64,000 nt of DNA from Candidatus Bathyarchaeia archaeon (GCA_050015395.1 JBEKBM010000006.1:1-64000); one strand, 5' to 3'. Shown: positions 50,231-60,871, numbered from the stretch's first letter. Program-made: numbers and translations. Notes: generated from the sequence alone by a model not told the origin.

Positions 50231-51292
50231 ATGATGGAAAAAGCGCTTAAGTATTTATTGACTTTTTCATCTTGGGGAAGAAAATATAGAGGCGATTTCT
50301 TAGCAGGTTTAATAGCTTTTTTGATTCCACCATTGGTAAGCTTTGCATTCAATGAACAAAAGGCTTGGGGAGACGTAACAACGATTGCAAGCGGAATCGG
50401 TTTACTAGTCACTTTGGCTTTTCTAATACTAGGTCTTGACCAAACATCAAATATTTTGGTGAAAAACTACCGTAAAAATAGATTTAAGCCCACTGTTAAC
50501 ATCGGCGTTTTCAATGGCTATCTATTAAATGATGCTGAGGATACCAAGGAGAAAAAACTTGCAACATATGCCTTTCCCCCGGAAGAATGGCAAGAAAAGT
50601 TATCGACTGAAAACACAGTAGTTAATTTAATAAAAGCAAATGAACTTTCTGAACGATTTGATGTTATTATTAATCCCTTTGGTCCCATTTACCCTGAAAT
50701 AAATAAGCCGAATATGACCACTTTTCGACGTATAAAAAAGTTTGTCCAAGATGGTGGAATATTTGTGAATGCGGGAGATTTACCCTTTTTCTATTTTTGG
50801 GATGGAAATAAAAAAGCATTAGCAGGTGATCTGTCAGAATCATTCCACATAGATGGACGTACGGGAAATCTTGAACCTGTTGTGCTGTTCAATATGTCTC
50901 CTTTGACAACAACCGTTCTTTACAAGCAACTTGGAATAAGAACAACATTTTTTAAAGATAAACTTCTGGAAGTTCACCCCATTGAAGACGAATACTTTAA
51001 AGGCTTAGACACCGTTGGTGGTTTAAAAACTGTAAAGGAATTCCGTTCACCTTACCGATGTGAAAAAAGCAACACTACCTTAATTCCCCTATTAAAAGCC
51101 GAATACCCTTGGAAAGACAACGATCCTTTGGAAGTATTTGACTGTTATCCAATTGCCGCCATCAAATATGGTAAAGGATGCTTCGTCTTAAATGGAATGG
51201 CCTTAGAAAAAGAGCGCCCAGAAGACTTCAAAAAGGCAATCTCGGCAATCAACAGAATACTAAAAAAGCTACAAGAAACCGGGGATCTGTAA
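50231..51292 (+). CDS. Two-TM protein with a class-I glutamine-amidotransferase-like soluble domain
   Basis: 2 N-terminal TM helices; FDVIINPFG.IYP...IKKFVQDGGIFVNAG..PF...YGKG.FV. Confidence 0.6.
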   Translation: MMEKALKYLLTFSSWGRKYRGDFLAGLIAFLIPPLVSFAFNEQKAWGDVTTIASGIGLLVTLAFLILGLDQTSNILVKNYRKNRFKPTVNIGVFNGYLLNDAEDTKEKKLATYAFPPEEWQEKLSTENTVVNLIKANELSERFDVIINPFGPIYPEINKPNMTTFRRIKKFVQDGGIFVNAGDLPFFYFWDGNKKALAGDLSESFHIDGRTGNLEPVVLFNMSPLTTTVLYKQLGIRTTFFKDKLLEVHPIEDEYFKGLDTVGGLKTVKEFRSPYRCEKSNTTLIPLLKAEYPWKDNDPLEVFDCYPIAAIKYGKGCFVLNGMALEKERPEDFKKAISAINRILKKLQETGDL

Positions 51293-51327
51293 CCTGACGG
51301 TAAACGAAGACGGCGAACCTTCCTATG

Positions 51328-51975
51328 TCATGACAAAACGATTTTAGGTTGAGTTACCGTTCTTTTTAAGGCTAATGGAACAGCTAAGTTTATCGTAACA
51401 ATTAACGCTAGCAGTCCATATCGTATTCCCGTTGCCAGAGCGGCAGTCTCAACGAACACTTGGAAGTTTTGTGCTCCAGCCATCAAGTTCATCATGCCCA
51501 TGCCAAGCGTTACCAGCGTTAATGGTATGGTAGCGTAGAGGGCGATGTTTTCCTTAAATTTAAACAGCAAAATATAGGAGAAAACTAATGCCGGGGCGTA
51601 ATATGCGAATGCGCCTAAAATGCCAAGCGGCCACCCAAGCGGATTCAACTCTACCGCTAAACCTGTAACGTTAATGGCGTAGAATGTTGTTGCAATATCA
51701 AACATCCAGAAGGCTAACGCAACGCCTTGAAAAGAAAACAGCAAATTCCGCCATTTCTCAGAAGTGTCTGGCGCAGCTTTGGGGTTAGTATTTTTCAGTT
51801 TAAGATATGTGATGCTGGAGACTGGAATAAGCAAGATGAGCGCGTATGTTAAGCCTAGCCAAGCGTCGCCAACTCTGATGAGCGCGGCGATGTTGAATAT
51901 CCAGATTAGTCCTATGGCAACTAGAAAGCCTTGAGCTAAGCTTTTCAGTGACCCCATAAAGGTATTCTCCCCCAT
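51328..51975 (-). CDS. Membrane protein (DUF5658-like)
   Basis: ~6 TM helices; D..TT......G..ELNPL. Confidence 0.7.
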   Translation of the reverse strand: MGENTFMGSLKSLAQGFLVAIGLIWIFNIAALIRVGDAWLGLTYALILLIPVSSITYLKLKNTNPKAAPDTSEKWRNLLFSFQGVALAFWMFDIATTFYAINVTGLAVELNPLGWPLGILGAFAYYAPALVFSYILLFKFKENIALYATIPLTLVTLGMGMMNLMAGAQNFQVFVETAALATGIRYGLLALIVTINLAVPLALKRTVTQPKIVLS

Positions 51976-52070
51976 TATTGCCCTTCAGGGTAGTTACCTA
52001 CATAACCTTTATTCCCAAAACGCAACTTCTTTAAAACGCTGGGCACATAATTATCTTTGAGGAATCAAGT

Positions 52071-52760
52071 TTGTCAATTCAGAAAATACCGGAAAAAAAC
52101 ACCATACTATTCGTTTGGTTCAATCAGTATGCTGGAATAGTCCTAAAAACCCCCAGTAAAACCCTTGCCATAGACCCAGTTGACATCAAACCCAAAAGCC
52201 TCCAAAATGTAGATGCAATCCTAATAACACACGAGCATTATGACCACTTGGACCCAAGGCTAATCACAGAAACCCAGAAAGCGACAAACTGTACAATAAT
52301 CGCTGATTCAGCCTCAACTAAAAAATTGCAACACGCAATACCCGCAGAAAAACTCCAGGAAATCAAACCAGGCGCTGAAATGAAAATCGGCGAAGTCTCC
52401 GTTAAAGCAGAAAAATGTAACCACATTGCTCAAGCACCCGTAACTTACATAATAACCAGTGAAGACGAAGTCAAAGTCTACCATACAGCAGACAGTTTAC
52501 CCTTTCCAGAACTAGCAGCTATAGGGCAAAGAGAAAAATTCGATGTAGTCTTCTGCATAGTTGGCATAGCGCCGGGCTCCACGCCACAAACAGGCTTTGA
52601 AATAGCTCGTTTAACTAAGCCTCAAGTCGCAGTGCCCTATCATACAGCGTCAGCAGCAAGCCAAACTGAGTTCGCGCAAATAATAAAGAAGGAATTGCCT
52701 AGAACTGCATGCTTGATTCCTGAACAAAATAAAATATATCAGGTATCAAAAAGGAAGTGA
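52071..52760 (+). CDS. Metallo-beta-lactamase-fold hydrolase (UlaG-like)
   Basis: IDP, ITHEHYDHLD, VYHTADS, VPYH. Confidence 0.9.
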   Translation: MSIQKIPEKNTILFVWFNQYAGIVLKTPSKTLAIDPVDIKPKSLQNVDAILITHEHYDHLDPRLITETQKATNCTIIADSASTKKLQHAIPAEKLQEIKPGAEMKIGEVSVKAEKCNHIAQAPVTYIITSEDEVKVYHTADSLPFPELAAIGQREKFDVVFCIVGIAPGSTPQTGFEIARLTKPQVAVPYHTASAASQTEFAQIIKKELPRTACLIPEQNKIYQVSKRK

Positions 52761-53395
52761 AAAAATTGAAAATAGACAAAGTGGTCCAAGACAAGAAAGA
52801 CAAAGTGGCAAACATACTTTTCAAAATTGACGCAATAAAATTTGGAGTGTTCAAACTGTCTAGCGGAAAAGCAAGCCCCTACTACATTGATCTAAGAGTA
52901 ATTCCCAGTTTCCCAGATGCCTTCCGAGAAATCTGCGACTTCTACGCTGAATACATAACCAACCAGATTGGAGTAAAAAACTTTGATAGAATGGCAGGAG
53001 TACCCTTAACCGGAATTATATTTGCGTCCCAAGTTGCGTATAACCTCAAAAAACCCTTCATTTATGTACGCAAAGGCGTCCGACTGCATGGAAGAGAACG
53101 AAGGGTGGAAGGACTTCTGGCATCAGGGGACAGAGTTCTATTAATTGATGATTTAGTAACCACTGGGTTAACTCTCAAAAAAGCTACGGAAGCTGTTAGA
53201 GCTGAAGGTGGCGTGGTAACAGACGCCGTCGTTTTTCTAGACAGAGAAGAAGGCGGAAACCAACAGCTTGAAAAAAACGGAATAAACCTTCATACATTGC
53301 TGAAAATAAGCGAAGTAGCTAACACCCTCTATGAATTAGGCGCCATTGACCAAGAAAACCTAAAGACAATCCTAAAGCAAGTAAAAAAACAGTAA
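52757..53395 (+). CDS. pyrE: Orotate phosphoribosyltransferase
   Basis: FKLSSGKASPYYIDLR, VLLIDDLVTTG, LDREEGG. Confidence 0.95.
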   Translation: MKKLKIDKVVQDKKDKVANILFKIDAIKFGVFKLSSGKASPYYIDLRVIPSFPDAFREICDFYAEYITNQIGVKNFDRMAGVPLTGIIFASQVAYNLKKPFIYVRKGVRLHGRERRVEGLLASGDRVLLIDDLVTTGLTLKKATEAVRAEGGVVTDAVVFLDREEGGNQQLEKNGINLHTLLKISEVANTLYELGAIDQENLKTILKQVKKQ

Positions 53396-53405
53396 AGCCC
53401 AAATT

Positions 53406-53966
53406 TTATTCATAAAATATTAGATTGGTTTCTTCAAGTAGCGTATGCAATTTTTCCACTGCGTCATAAACGTCTTGTTCTTTTTTGGCTCCGGTGCAAA
53501 CGAGTTTTCCACTTGCAAAAAGCAAAATCACAACTTTTGGCTCTTGCATCCTATAGATTAAGCCTGGAAACTGTTCAGGTTCGTACATTGCATGTCCAAG
53601 CGTGTATGCAGCTTTTTCTAAATCGATCATGCCTCCTAAACCGCCTGCAGCAACTATGTTTTGTATTTTAAGTTCTGGTTTACTGATGATTATTATGCCG
53701 CCTTTCTTAAGTTCCTTAACAACTTTCATTACAGCTCTACGAGCTTCCTTCTCCGATTTAGCCCCTGTGCAAACCATCTTTCCAGAACTAAAAATTAAAG
53801 TCGCGGTTTTGGGGCGTTTTATTCTGAAAACTAGACCTGGAAACTGTTCAGGGCGATATTCAACACTTGGGTAACCCTTTACCACGGCGTTCAAGTCAAC
53901 TTTCTGGTTCAGCGTTGCAGAAGCGACCACATTCTCGATGCTTATTGTAGCTTTAACTTTTGGCAC
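53406..53966 (-). CDS. tbp: TATA-box-binding protein
   Basis: Two repeats of NVVAS/NIVA...Y.PEQFPGL..R...LIF.SGK.VCTGAK. Confidence 0.98.
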   Translation of the reverse strand: MPKVKATISIENVVASATLNQKVDLNAVVKGYPSVEYRPEQFPGLVFRIKRPKTATLIFSSGKMVCTGAKSEKEARRAVMKVVKELKKGGIIIISKPELKIQNIVAAGGLGGMIDLEKAAYTLGHAMYEPEQFPGLIYRMQEPKVVILLFASGKLVCTGAKKEQDVYDAVEKLHTLLEETNLIFYE

Positions 53967-54017
53967 TCAATTTCCCTCTTGCTTTAACGCCCTTTAAATA
54001 TCCCTTATCAACTGACT

Positions 54018-54734
54018 TTATAAAGACATCTGTGACTGCGGCTGCATTCGGTTCTGTTGTTCAGGTTTTTTCTCTCTTAATATGGGCATAATAAATTCGA
54101 TAACTATAAGCAACATTATAAGCGCAATAACCACTGGCAAACCCCAAGAATTATCCCTCATGAAAAGTGTTACCCAACCAAACCACGGAATACGCATAAC
54201 AACTATGCCCACTACCATGTTTTGGGGAACTCCTGGTGGATTGCTGCTGTCCCATGGGTCTTGGCCTGATGTTGGAGTTTGTGGCCATGGGTTTCCGTTT
54301 CCGTCCCCTTTAGTGAGATAATATGTGGTGCCGTTGACTACTTCGGTGCCTATTATGCGGTGCACAATTAACATGCTATAATCGTAGGGGCTATGGAAGA
54401 CGATTATGTCGCTGTTCGGGTAGTTAGTGTTTAGGTCTTTAGGGTTTATGCCTTGGACGATTATGATGTCGCCTATACTTAGGGTTCGGTCAAACGGGTG
54501 AGCTATGCTTAACCAGAAGTTATCTTGGCCATCGTAAGGAATATTCATGCTGCCGCTTTCCACAGTTAACGCAGGATCAGACGTGTGAAGCGCGAACTGC
54601 AAGCCAAATAAGAAACCAAGAACAATTGCAACAATCAAGGCGATGGCAACTACCGTTTTGAAATAATCGTTTTTCCAGACCCTTTTTAGATCGCTCAAAT
54701 TTTTGCCTCGGCTATTTGAAGTATTCCTTTTCAT
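54018..54734 (-). CDS. Signal peptidase I (archaeal Sec11 type)
   Basis: TM + VESGSM, GDIIIV, IVHRI, TKGDGN, IPWFG. Confidence 0.92.
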   Translation of the reverse strand: MKRNTSNSRGKNLSDLKRVWKNDYFKTVVAIALIVAIVLGFLFGLQFALHTSDPALTVESGSMNIPYDGQDNFWLSIAHPFDRTLSIGDIIIVQGINPKDLNTNYPNSDIIVFHSPYDYSMLIVHRIIGTEVVNGTTYYLTKGDGNGNPWPQTPTSGQDPWDSSNPPGVPQNMVVGIVVMRIPWFGWVTLFMRDNSWGLPVVIALIMLLIVIEFIMPILREKKPEQQNRMQPQSQMSL

Positions 54735-54827
54735 AAGGAGTTCCTATGTTTTAAAACTTACCGTCTCATAATAAAGAAAAATAAGAGAGGACAAATAGCG
54801 CAATCAGCAAGTTTCTGGTTGCACTGT

Positions 54828-54998
54828 TTAGATTTTCTTTTTACTTAACACTTCGCGGAATACTTTGCCGCATTTTGGGCACTCGTAGAGTCCGATTTCT
54901 AGTTGCATGCGTTTTCCAGCTTTATCTGGACGACCAGCCATTTTCCAACTCTTTTTTATCTTTGAAACTTCTGTTCCGCATTTTGGACATTTAGCCAT
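54828..54998 (-). CDS. cren7: Chromatin protein Cren7 (56 aa, not in ORF track)
   Basis: MAKCPKCGTEVSKIKKSWKMAGRPDKAGKRMQLEIGLYECPKCGKVFREVLSKKKI; GGAGG RBS. Confidence 0.85.
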   Translation of the reverse strand: MAKCPKCGTEVSKIKKSWKMAGRPDKAGKRMQLEIGLYECPKCGKVFREVLSKKKI

Positions 54999-55314
54999 TC
55001 AATTTCCTCCGTATTACCGATTCCATGGTTTATCATTATAGAATAAAAAACTTTCCATACCTTTCCAATACATATTCTGCGTTTCCACGGTATGTTTAAA
55101 CAAGTTTTTGTATACACAATTGAACATCGTCAAAGGAAATGGTTGAAAGCCTTTAAAATATCTCACTTACTCGCCAAAAACAGCAACAATTAATCAAGCC
55201 ATTAGCATTAAAAGTTAAAAATTGCCAAGAAAAGCCTGAAGTTCTTCTAAACCTTCCCTAACCTTTTTTATAGCAGAATCTCAGCTTATCTTACCATTCG
55301 AGGCTCAACTTATA

Positions 55315-58185
55315 TTGCAGGCAACTTCTGAAAATGCTTTTGAAATGCTTGTGAAGCCAGTTCGAAGGCTCGTTGAACAGAAAGGATTCTCTAAACCAAC
55401 TGAACCTCAAGAAAAAACAATACCAAAAATACTCGACGGCAAAAATATACTGTTAATTTCACCTACAGCCACAGGCAAAACAGAAGCCGCTTTCCTGCCT
55501 GTGCTAAGCATGCTTCTTAAGGAACCCAAAACTCCAGGCATAAAAGTGCTGTACATTACGCCGTTGCGGGCTTTAAACAGAGACTTGCTTGAGCGGCTTC
55601 AGTGGTGGTGCAACAGCCTAGACATAAAACTCGCCGTTAGGCATGGTGACACTGAAACAAAAGAGAGAACCCGTCAATCCCGAAGCCCGCCTGACATTCT
55701 TATAACGACTCCTGAAACACTGCAAGCTATACTTTCCGGCTGGATTTTACGTCAACACCTGCAAAGCTTAAGATGGGTAATAATTGATGAAGTACATGAG
55801 TTAGCTGACAGCAAACGGGGAAGCCAGCTGTCATTGGCACTGGAACGAATCCGAAGCCTAATCGGAAAAGACTTCCAAATGATCGGTTTATCCGCCACCA
55901 TTGGCAGCCCAGAAAAAGTCGCCCAATTCCTCGTTGGAAACAAGCGACCAGTTGAAATCATCCGTGTTCCCGTTGCCAAAATGGTGAAGCTGCAAGTAAT
56001 ATACCCTAAGCCAAGCGAGGAAGACGTTAGGTTTGCATCGAAAATTTACACTCATCCGGAGGTGGCGGCTAGACTGCGTATTATTCGCGATTACATGAGC
56101 AAACGAAAATCTGTTCTTCTGTTTACAAATACACGTTCAATTTCGGAAGTTTTAGCTTCTAGATTTAAGGTTTGGGACATTGATTTTCCAATTTCAATTC
56201 ACCATGGCTCCTTAGCTAAGGTCTCAAGGATAGCTGCCGAAACTGGGTTAAAGCGTGGTGAACTTAAGGGTTTAATCGCTACCAGCAGCCTCGAATTAGG
56301 CATCGATGTCGGAGTCATAGATCTGGTTATCCAGTACATGAGTCCAAGGCAAGTAACCAGGCTTATCCAGCGCGTGGGACGGGCAGGTCACACTTATGGG
56401 CAAGTTGCTGAGGGCGTAATAATCGGCATGGATTCAGATGATACGCTTGAAGCCTTAGTTATCGCCCGCAGAGCCCTCAACGAAGAGTTGGAGCCTGTTG
56501 AAATTCCAGATAAACCCTATGATGTTTTGGTTCATCAGATTGCTGGGTTGATGCTGAAGAGCAGGCGATTAGAATTTAACGATGTTCTAGAAATAGCGCG
56601 TAACGCTGCACCGTTTGAGAACTTAACATTGGAAGATGTCGAAAAAGCTTTCAAGTACATGCATGAGCGTTTTCCACGTTTAGCGTGGGTGTCCTTTGAG
56701 GATCAGGTGGCTTTGAAGCCTCAGCGGTCTAAGGCTTTGTTTGAGTACTATTTTGATAATTTATCAATGATTCCTGAGGAGAAACAATTCCTTGTAATTG
56801 ACGAGTCATCTGACACTTCGATTGGTGTTTTAGACGAAGCGTTCATGGCGGAGTACGGCAAACCTGGAACAAAATTCATCATACGTGGCAGCCCATGGCA
56901 AATAATCCATGCCACAGAAGACAAAGTTTACGTGCGACCTGTTGATGACCCGACCGGTTCAATTCCCAGCTGGATAGGCGAGGAAATTCCAGTGCCGTAC
57001 AAGATAGCGCAGGAAGTGGCAGAAATACGCGGATTCGTTGAAGAAAAAATGCATAGTGGGCTTACGCCTGAGCAGGTTAGTGCTTTGCTTTCTGAGCGTT
57101 ATGCGGCTGATAAGGAGACTATTTTGCATGCGTTGGCGGAGACGGTGGAGCAAGTGAACTGTGGCTTTGCGGTTCCTACCCCCAGGCGGATTGTAGTTGA
57201 GGATTGGGGTGAATTTGTTATTATTCACTCTAATTTTGGTTCACTAATTAATCGTGCCTTAGCGCAGTTCCTTGGGGAAGTGTTGTCTGATAAGCTTGGT
57301 CATGGTATCGTGGTTCAGCATGACCCTTACCGCATTTTTGTGCAAACCATGGGCAGTATGAGTGCTGAGAGGCTGGTTGAAGTTTTCAATGAACTCAAAG
57401 GCATGAGTACCCAAGCGGTTAAGAACACGTTAACTAGGTCAACTATAAAGACAGGATTATTCAAGAGACGAGTAATACAGGTAGCAAGGCGTTTTGGTGC
57501 ACTAAAGAAGTGGGCTGACTTTAGCAACGTTAGCATTCAGAAGTTGATCTCAAGTTTTGAGGGTACGCTGATTTATGAGGAGGGTTTGAAGGAGGTTTTC
57601 TCTAAAGACCTTGATGCAGATGGGCTTGTCATGGTGCTTAAGCGGATTCATGACGGTGAGGTAGGTTTGCAGGTTGTTGCCACTGGCGGAGATGCGACTC
57701 CTGTTGCTCGCGTGGGCATTGAGCGGGTAAGCATGAAAACCGATCTTATTCCGCCAGAGAAAATGCGTGCAGTGCTTATTGCAGCAGCCAAAGCGCGATT
57801 ACTTAATGAAACAGGCAATTTCATTTGCACTAACTGTTGGGATTACATGGAGACCATTCGCATCAAAGACTTGCCCGATAAACCAAAGTGCCCAAGATGC
57901 GAGTCTTTTGCCATTGGATTGTTGAAGGTGGAAGAGGAGAAGGCTTTGCCGTTAATTGAGAAGAAAGGACGCTTAGCTAAGGACGAGGAAAAGATGCAGT
58001 TGCAGGCTAAGCATACTGCTGAATTAATAGAAAAGTATGGTAAAGTGGCGGCAGTGGCATTGAGCGCTCGACGGGTTCAAACGGTGGACATTGCAGGTGT
58101 TTTGGAGAAGGAGCCTAAGCTTTCAGACCGATTTTACGAGTTGGTTATGGAGGCTGAACGTAAAGCACTGAGTAAACGTTTTTGA
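55315..58185 (+). CDS. Lhr-family SF2 helicase with C-terminal zinc finger
   Basis: PTATGKT, TPLRALNRD, DEVH, SAT, TSSLELGID, QRVGRAGH; CTNC..CPRC. Confidence 0.93.
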   Translation: MQATSENAFEMLVKPVRRLVEQKGFSKPTEPQEKTIPKILDGKNILLISPTATGKTEAAFLPVLSMLLKEPKTPGIKVLYITPLRALNRDLLERLQWWCNSLDIKLAVRHGDTETKERTRQSRSPPDILITTPETLQAILSGWILRQHLQSLRWVIIDEVHELADSKRGSQLSLALERIRSLIGKDFQMIGLSATIGSPEKVAQFLVGNKRPVEIIRVPVAKMVKLQVIYPKPSEEDVRFASKIYTHPEVAARLRIIRDYMSKRKSVLLFTNTRSISEVLASRFKVWDIDFPISIHHGSLAKVSRIAAETGLKRGELKGLIATSSLELGIDVGVIDLVIQYMSPRQVTRLIQRVGRAGHTYGQVAEGVIIGMDSDDTLEALVIARRALNEELEPVEIPDKPYDVLVHQIAGLMLKSRRLEFNDVLEIARNAAPFENLTLEDVEKAFKYMHERFPRLAWVSFEDQVALKPQRSKALFEYYFDNLSMIPEEKQFLVIDESSDTSIGVLDEAFMAEYGKPGTKFIIRGSPWQIIHATEDKVYVRPVDDPTGSIPSWIGEEIPVPYKIAQEVAEIRGFVEEKMHSGLTPEQVSALLSERYAADKETILHALAETVEQVNCGFAVPTPRRIVVEDWGEFVIIHSNFGSLINRALAQFLGEVLSDKLGHGIVVQHDPYRIFVQTMGSMSAERLVEVFNELKGMSTQAVKNTLTRSTIKTGLFKRRVIQVARRFGALKKWADFSNVSIQKLISSFEGTLIYEEGLKEVFSKDLDADGLVMVLKRIHDGEVGLQVVATGGDATPVARVGIERVSMKTDLIPPEKMRAVLIAAAKARLLNETGNFICTNCWDYMETIRIKDLPDKPKCPRCESFAIGLLKVEEEKALPLIEKKGRLAKDEEKMQLQAKHTAELIEKYGKVAAVALSARRVQTVDIAGVLEKEPKLSDRFYELVMEAERKALSKRF

Positions 58186-58286
58186 TAAAAATGTTGCAGT
58201 TTCCTTTTTTTTATTAAATTGTATGTTTATGCGGAATAACAGCAACTTTTTAAACCTAGAACTGCTTATCTGCTTATCTGTTTATA

Positions 58287-58637
58287 GTGCCAGTAGGAGA
58301 TTTAAGAAGCGTGGAAATAAGTCGAAAGAATTTACGCAGTGAAGTTCTTGAACGCATTAAATACGTTAAAACTTGTGTCATGGCGCGGGAGCTGTGTTTG
58401 CTTGTTCGCACCAATAGGGCTATCTTGGAACCTAAAGATGTGCAAGAAGTATGCCAGTACATTTCGAAACTATGCAAAGAAGAAGGCTGCTCTGAGCCAA
58501 GTGAACTCTGCACGAAAGCAGCTAACGCGGTTGGTTCAGCAGATGAAGAAAAATATCTTGATTTATGCGCTCAAAGCTGTGCAAAATGCGGAGAAGCCAG
58601 AAGACCGGTTCCGAAAAAAGACGCTTACGTGGCATAA
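58287..58637 (+). CDS. Cys-rich hypothetical protein
   Basis: 116 aa with 9 Cys (C..C, C...C....C, C...CAKC). Confidence 0.65.
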   Translation: MPVGDLRSVEISRKNLRSEVLERIKYVKTCVMARELCLLVRTNRAILEPKDVQEVCQYISKLCKEEGCSEPSELCTKAANAVGSADEEKYLDLCAQSCAKCGEARRPVPKKDAYVA

Positions 58638-58668
58638 AAAGCATAAATAACATTGGTGAAGTCTGAAA

Positions 58669-59145
58669 ATGTTTATTGCTCCTTTTGTTCCAAGTCCAAA
58701 CAGTGTTGTAGAATATATGCTGAAGTTGGCTGATTTGAAGGCTGGCGAAGTATTGTTTGATATGGGTTCTGGAGATGGCAGAACCGTAATCATGGCGGCC
58801 AAAACTTTCGGCGCCAGAGGCGTCGGCATCGAGTTGCGTGAGGATTTGGCGAAAAAAGCGTTGGCTACTATTCATGAGAACGGTCTTGAGGACAGAGTAA
58901 CCATTATGAATAGTAACATGTTTGATGTCAACTTAAGCTCGGCTGATGTAGTTTACTTGTATTTGACGACAAGCGCAAACGAGAAAATCAGGCCTAAGCT
59001 TGAAAGCGACCTTAAAAAAGGCGCACGCGTGGTCTCGCATGACTACGAGATTATCGGTTGGCACCCGGAGAAAGTTGAGAATTTCTGCGAGAACCCCCAG
59101 TTAGGCTATCCTTCCCACACAATCTATCTTTACAGGAAGCCATAG
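58669..59145 (+). CDS. SAM-dependent methyltransferase (protein-lysine type)
   Basis: APFVPSP, DMGSGDGR, GVGIEL, VVYLYL, GARVVSHDY. Confidence 0.88.
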   Translation: MFIAPFVPSPNSVVEYMLKLADLKAGEVLFDMGSGDGRTVIMAAKTFGARGVGIELREDLAKKALATIHENGLEDRVTIMNSNMFDVNLSSADVVYLYLTTSANEKIRPKLESDLKKGARVVSHDYEIIGWHPEKVENFCENPQLGYPSHTIYLYRKP

Positions 59146-59422
59146 TCTTTTCGCCTTGTTTATTCAGTAGATTCGCAAGTGGGTTAGCTTTAATGTGTGT
59201 GCGCACAGGTACCTACCGGGAGGGTAAATGTCAATACGTTTTGTCGATACACTTTGCAGATACATTGAAGAACATACGTAGGCAGGTTCTTGGGCGCACA
59301 GTTCCTCCCAGAATCGTTAAGAGTTTTTTAGATACCTTGTGGGTCTCTTGTGGATTTACTGTTATTGGGAAAAAGATTTTTAGTCTCCCCCTTCATAATT
59401 TCCAAAAGAGTGTCCTCTAAAA

Positions 59423-59938
59423 ATGAAGTTTATTCCATGGCAAAACATAGCTGACTGGCATTGCAAAGCATGCGGTTACTGCTGCAAACTCTACAGCGTG
59501 GTCTTAGGCTTCACGGAATGGATGCAATTAGCTAAAACTTTTGGCATAGAAACCACCGTGGCAGGATTAGACCGATTCTACATTAAACGTGCCAGCGACG
59601 GCTCATGCGCTTTCCTATGCAACCACACAAACAACTACTACTGCGGACTGCAAAACATGAAACCTGAAGCATGCAAACTCTGGCCCTTCAAAGTGCTCTC
59701 CGAACCAAAATACGGAGAGCCAAACCAAGCAGCCTACGACTATAACGGAATCCGACTGTACATTTACGGGGACACCATGTGCAGCGGCTTACGTTGCGGA
59801 ACGCCAACATGGGACTTCCGCAACACAACCATAAAAGAGTTCACTGAACTAGCGCTAGGCGTTAGGCAGATACAGTACAAAACAACTAGGTCGGATGCGT
59901 TTAGGCAGCAACAGTGGGGAAGACAACTATTCCCATAA
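59423..59938 (+). CDS. YkgJ-family CxxCxxCC protein
   Basis: CKACGYCC, CAFL, C......KPEACKLWPF. Confidence 0.88.
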   Translation: MKFIPWQNIADWHCKACGYCCKLYSVVLGFTEWMQLAKTFGIETTVAGLDRFYIKRASDGSCAFLCNHTNNYYCGLQNMKPEACKLWPFKVLSEPKYGEPNQAAYDYNGIRLYIYGDTMCSGLRCGTPTWDFRNTTIKEFTELALGVRQIQYKTTRSDAFRQQQWGRQLFP

Positions 59939-60088
59939 AAAAAGGCCTCTTTAAGAGTTAGTTACGTTTATTTAAAGAGGGAACCGTTTTAAGTATTGGA
60001 TTCCCCGCTTGTCTCAATTAGGTTATTAAGCGGGTTTTAAACTCTTAACCAGCAAAACTAATCCGTTAACAAGTGAGGTAACTGTTGT

Positions 60089-60871
60089 ATGCCCAAAGCT
60101 AAGGTTGGCGTTTCAATGCTCTACTGCTTAGGTGAACCATTCAACAGGATGGTTAAACGTTTAGGCACTATGAATACGCGTTACATTGAGATTTTAGATG
60201 ATGGCACTCATGAACTTGACAAAAAACGCGTAGCCACACTCAAAGAAGCCGCCAAATCTTACAGCTTAGAGTTCTCACTGCACGCACCCTTCGCCGACAT
60301 CAATATTGCTTCACCATCTAAATCTATGCTGGACGCTTCCATGAAACGGCTCAAGCAATCCATGGCTTATGCTAATGCGTTGGATGCAAAGCTTTGGGTT
60401 TTTCATCCTGGAGCGAAAACAGGCATTGGCCAATTCTATCCTGGCGCTGACTGGAAACAAAATAATCAAAGCATAAAAGAACTCTGCGAGACAGCGGAAG
60501 AATTAGGGTTAAACATTGCTTTGGAAAACCTGCCGGCAAAATACTATTTTTTCATGAGTAAAGCAGAAGACTTCGTTAAGTTTTACCGTGAAACTAACTT
60601 GCCAGTCGGCATCGTCATGGATTTGGGTCACGCTAACCTCGAAGGCCAAATTGAGCCATTCTTCAACATGTTAGCTGACAAAATCATTCATATCCACGCC
60701 AGCGATAACGACGGCGTAGAAGACCAGCACTTCGGTATAGGCCAAGGCAAAATTAACTATGAATGGTTCGCAGAGACTATAAAGAAAATGGGCTACGACA
60801 AATCAGTCATCATCGAATCCATAACCAACGTTACACAAAGCATCCAAAAACTAACACAGCTCCTCGCTTAG
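60089..60871 (+). CDS. Sugar phosphate isomerase/epimerase (AP endonuclease 2 TIM barrel)
   Basis: SLHAPF.DINIAS, VFHPG, ALEN, DLGHA, HIHASDNDG..DQH. Confidence 0.9.
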   Translation: MPKAKVGVSMLYCLGEPFNRMVKRLGTMNTRYIEILDDGTHELDKKRVATLKEAAKSYSLEFSLHAPFADINIASPSKSMLDASMKRLKQSMAYANALDAKLWVFHPGAKTGIGQFYPGADWKQNNQSIKELCETAEELGLNIALENLPAKYYFFMSKAEDFVKFYRETNLPVGIVMDLGHANLEGQIEPFFNMLADKIIHIHASDNDGVEDQHFGIGQGKINYEWFAETIKKMGYDKSVIIESITNVTQSIQKLTQLLA

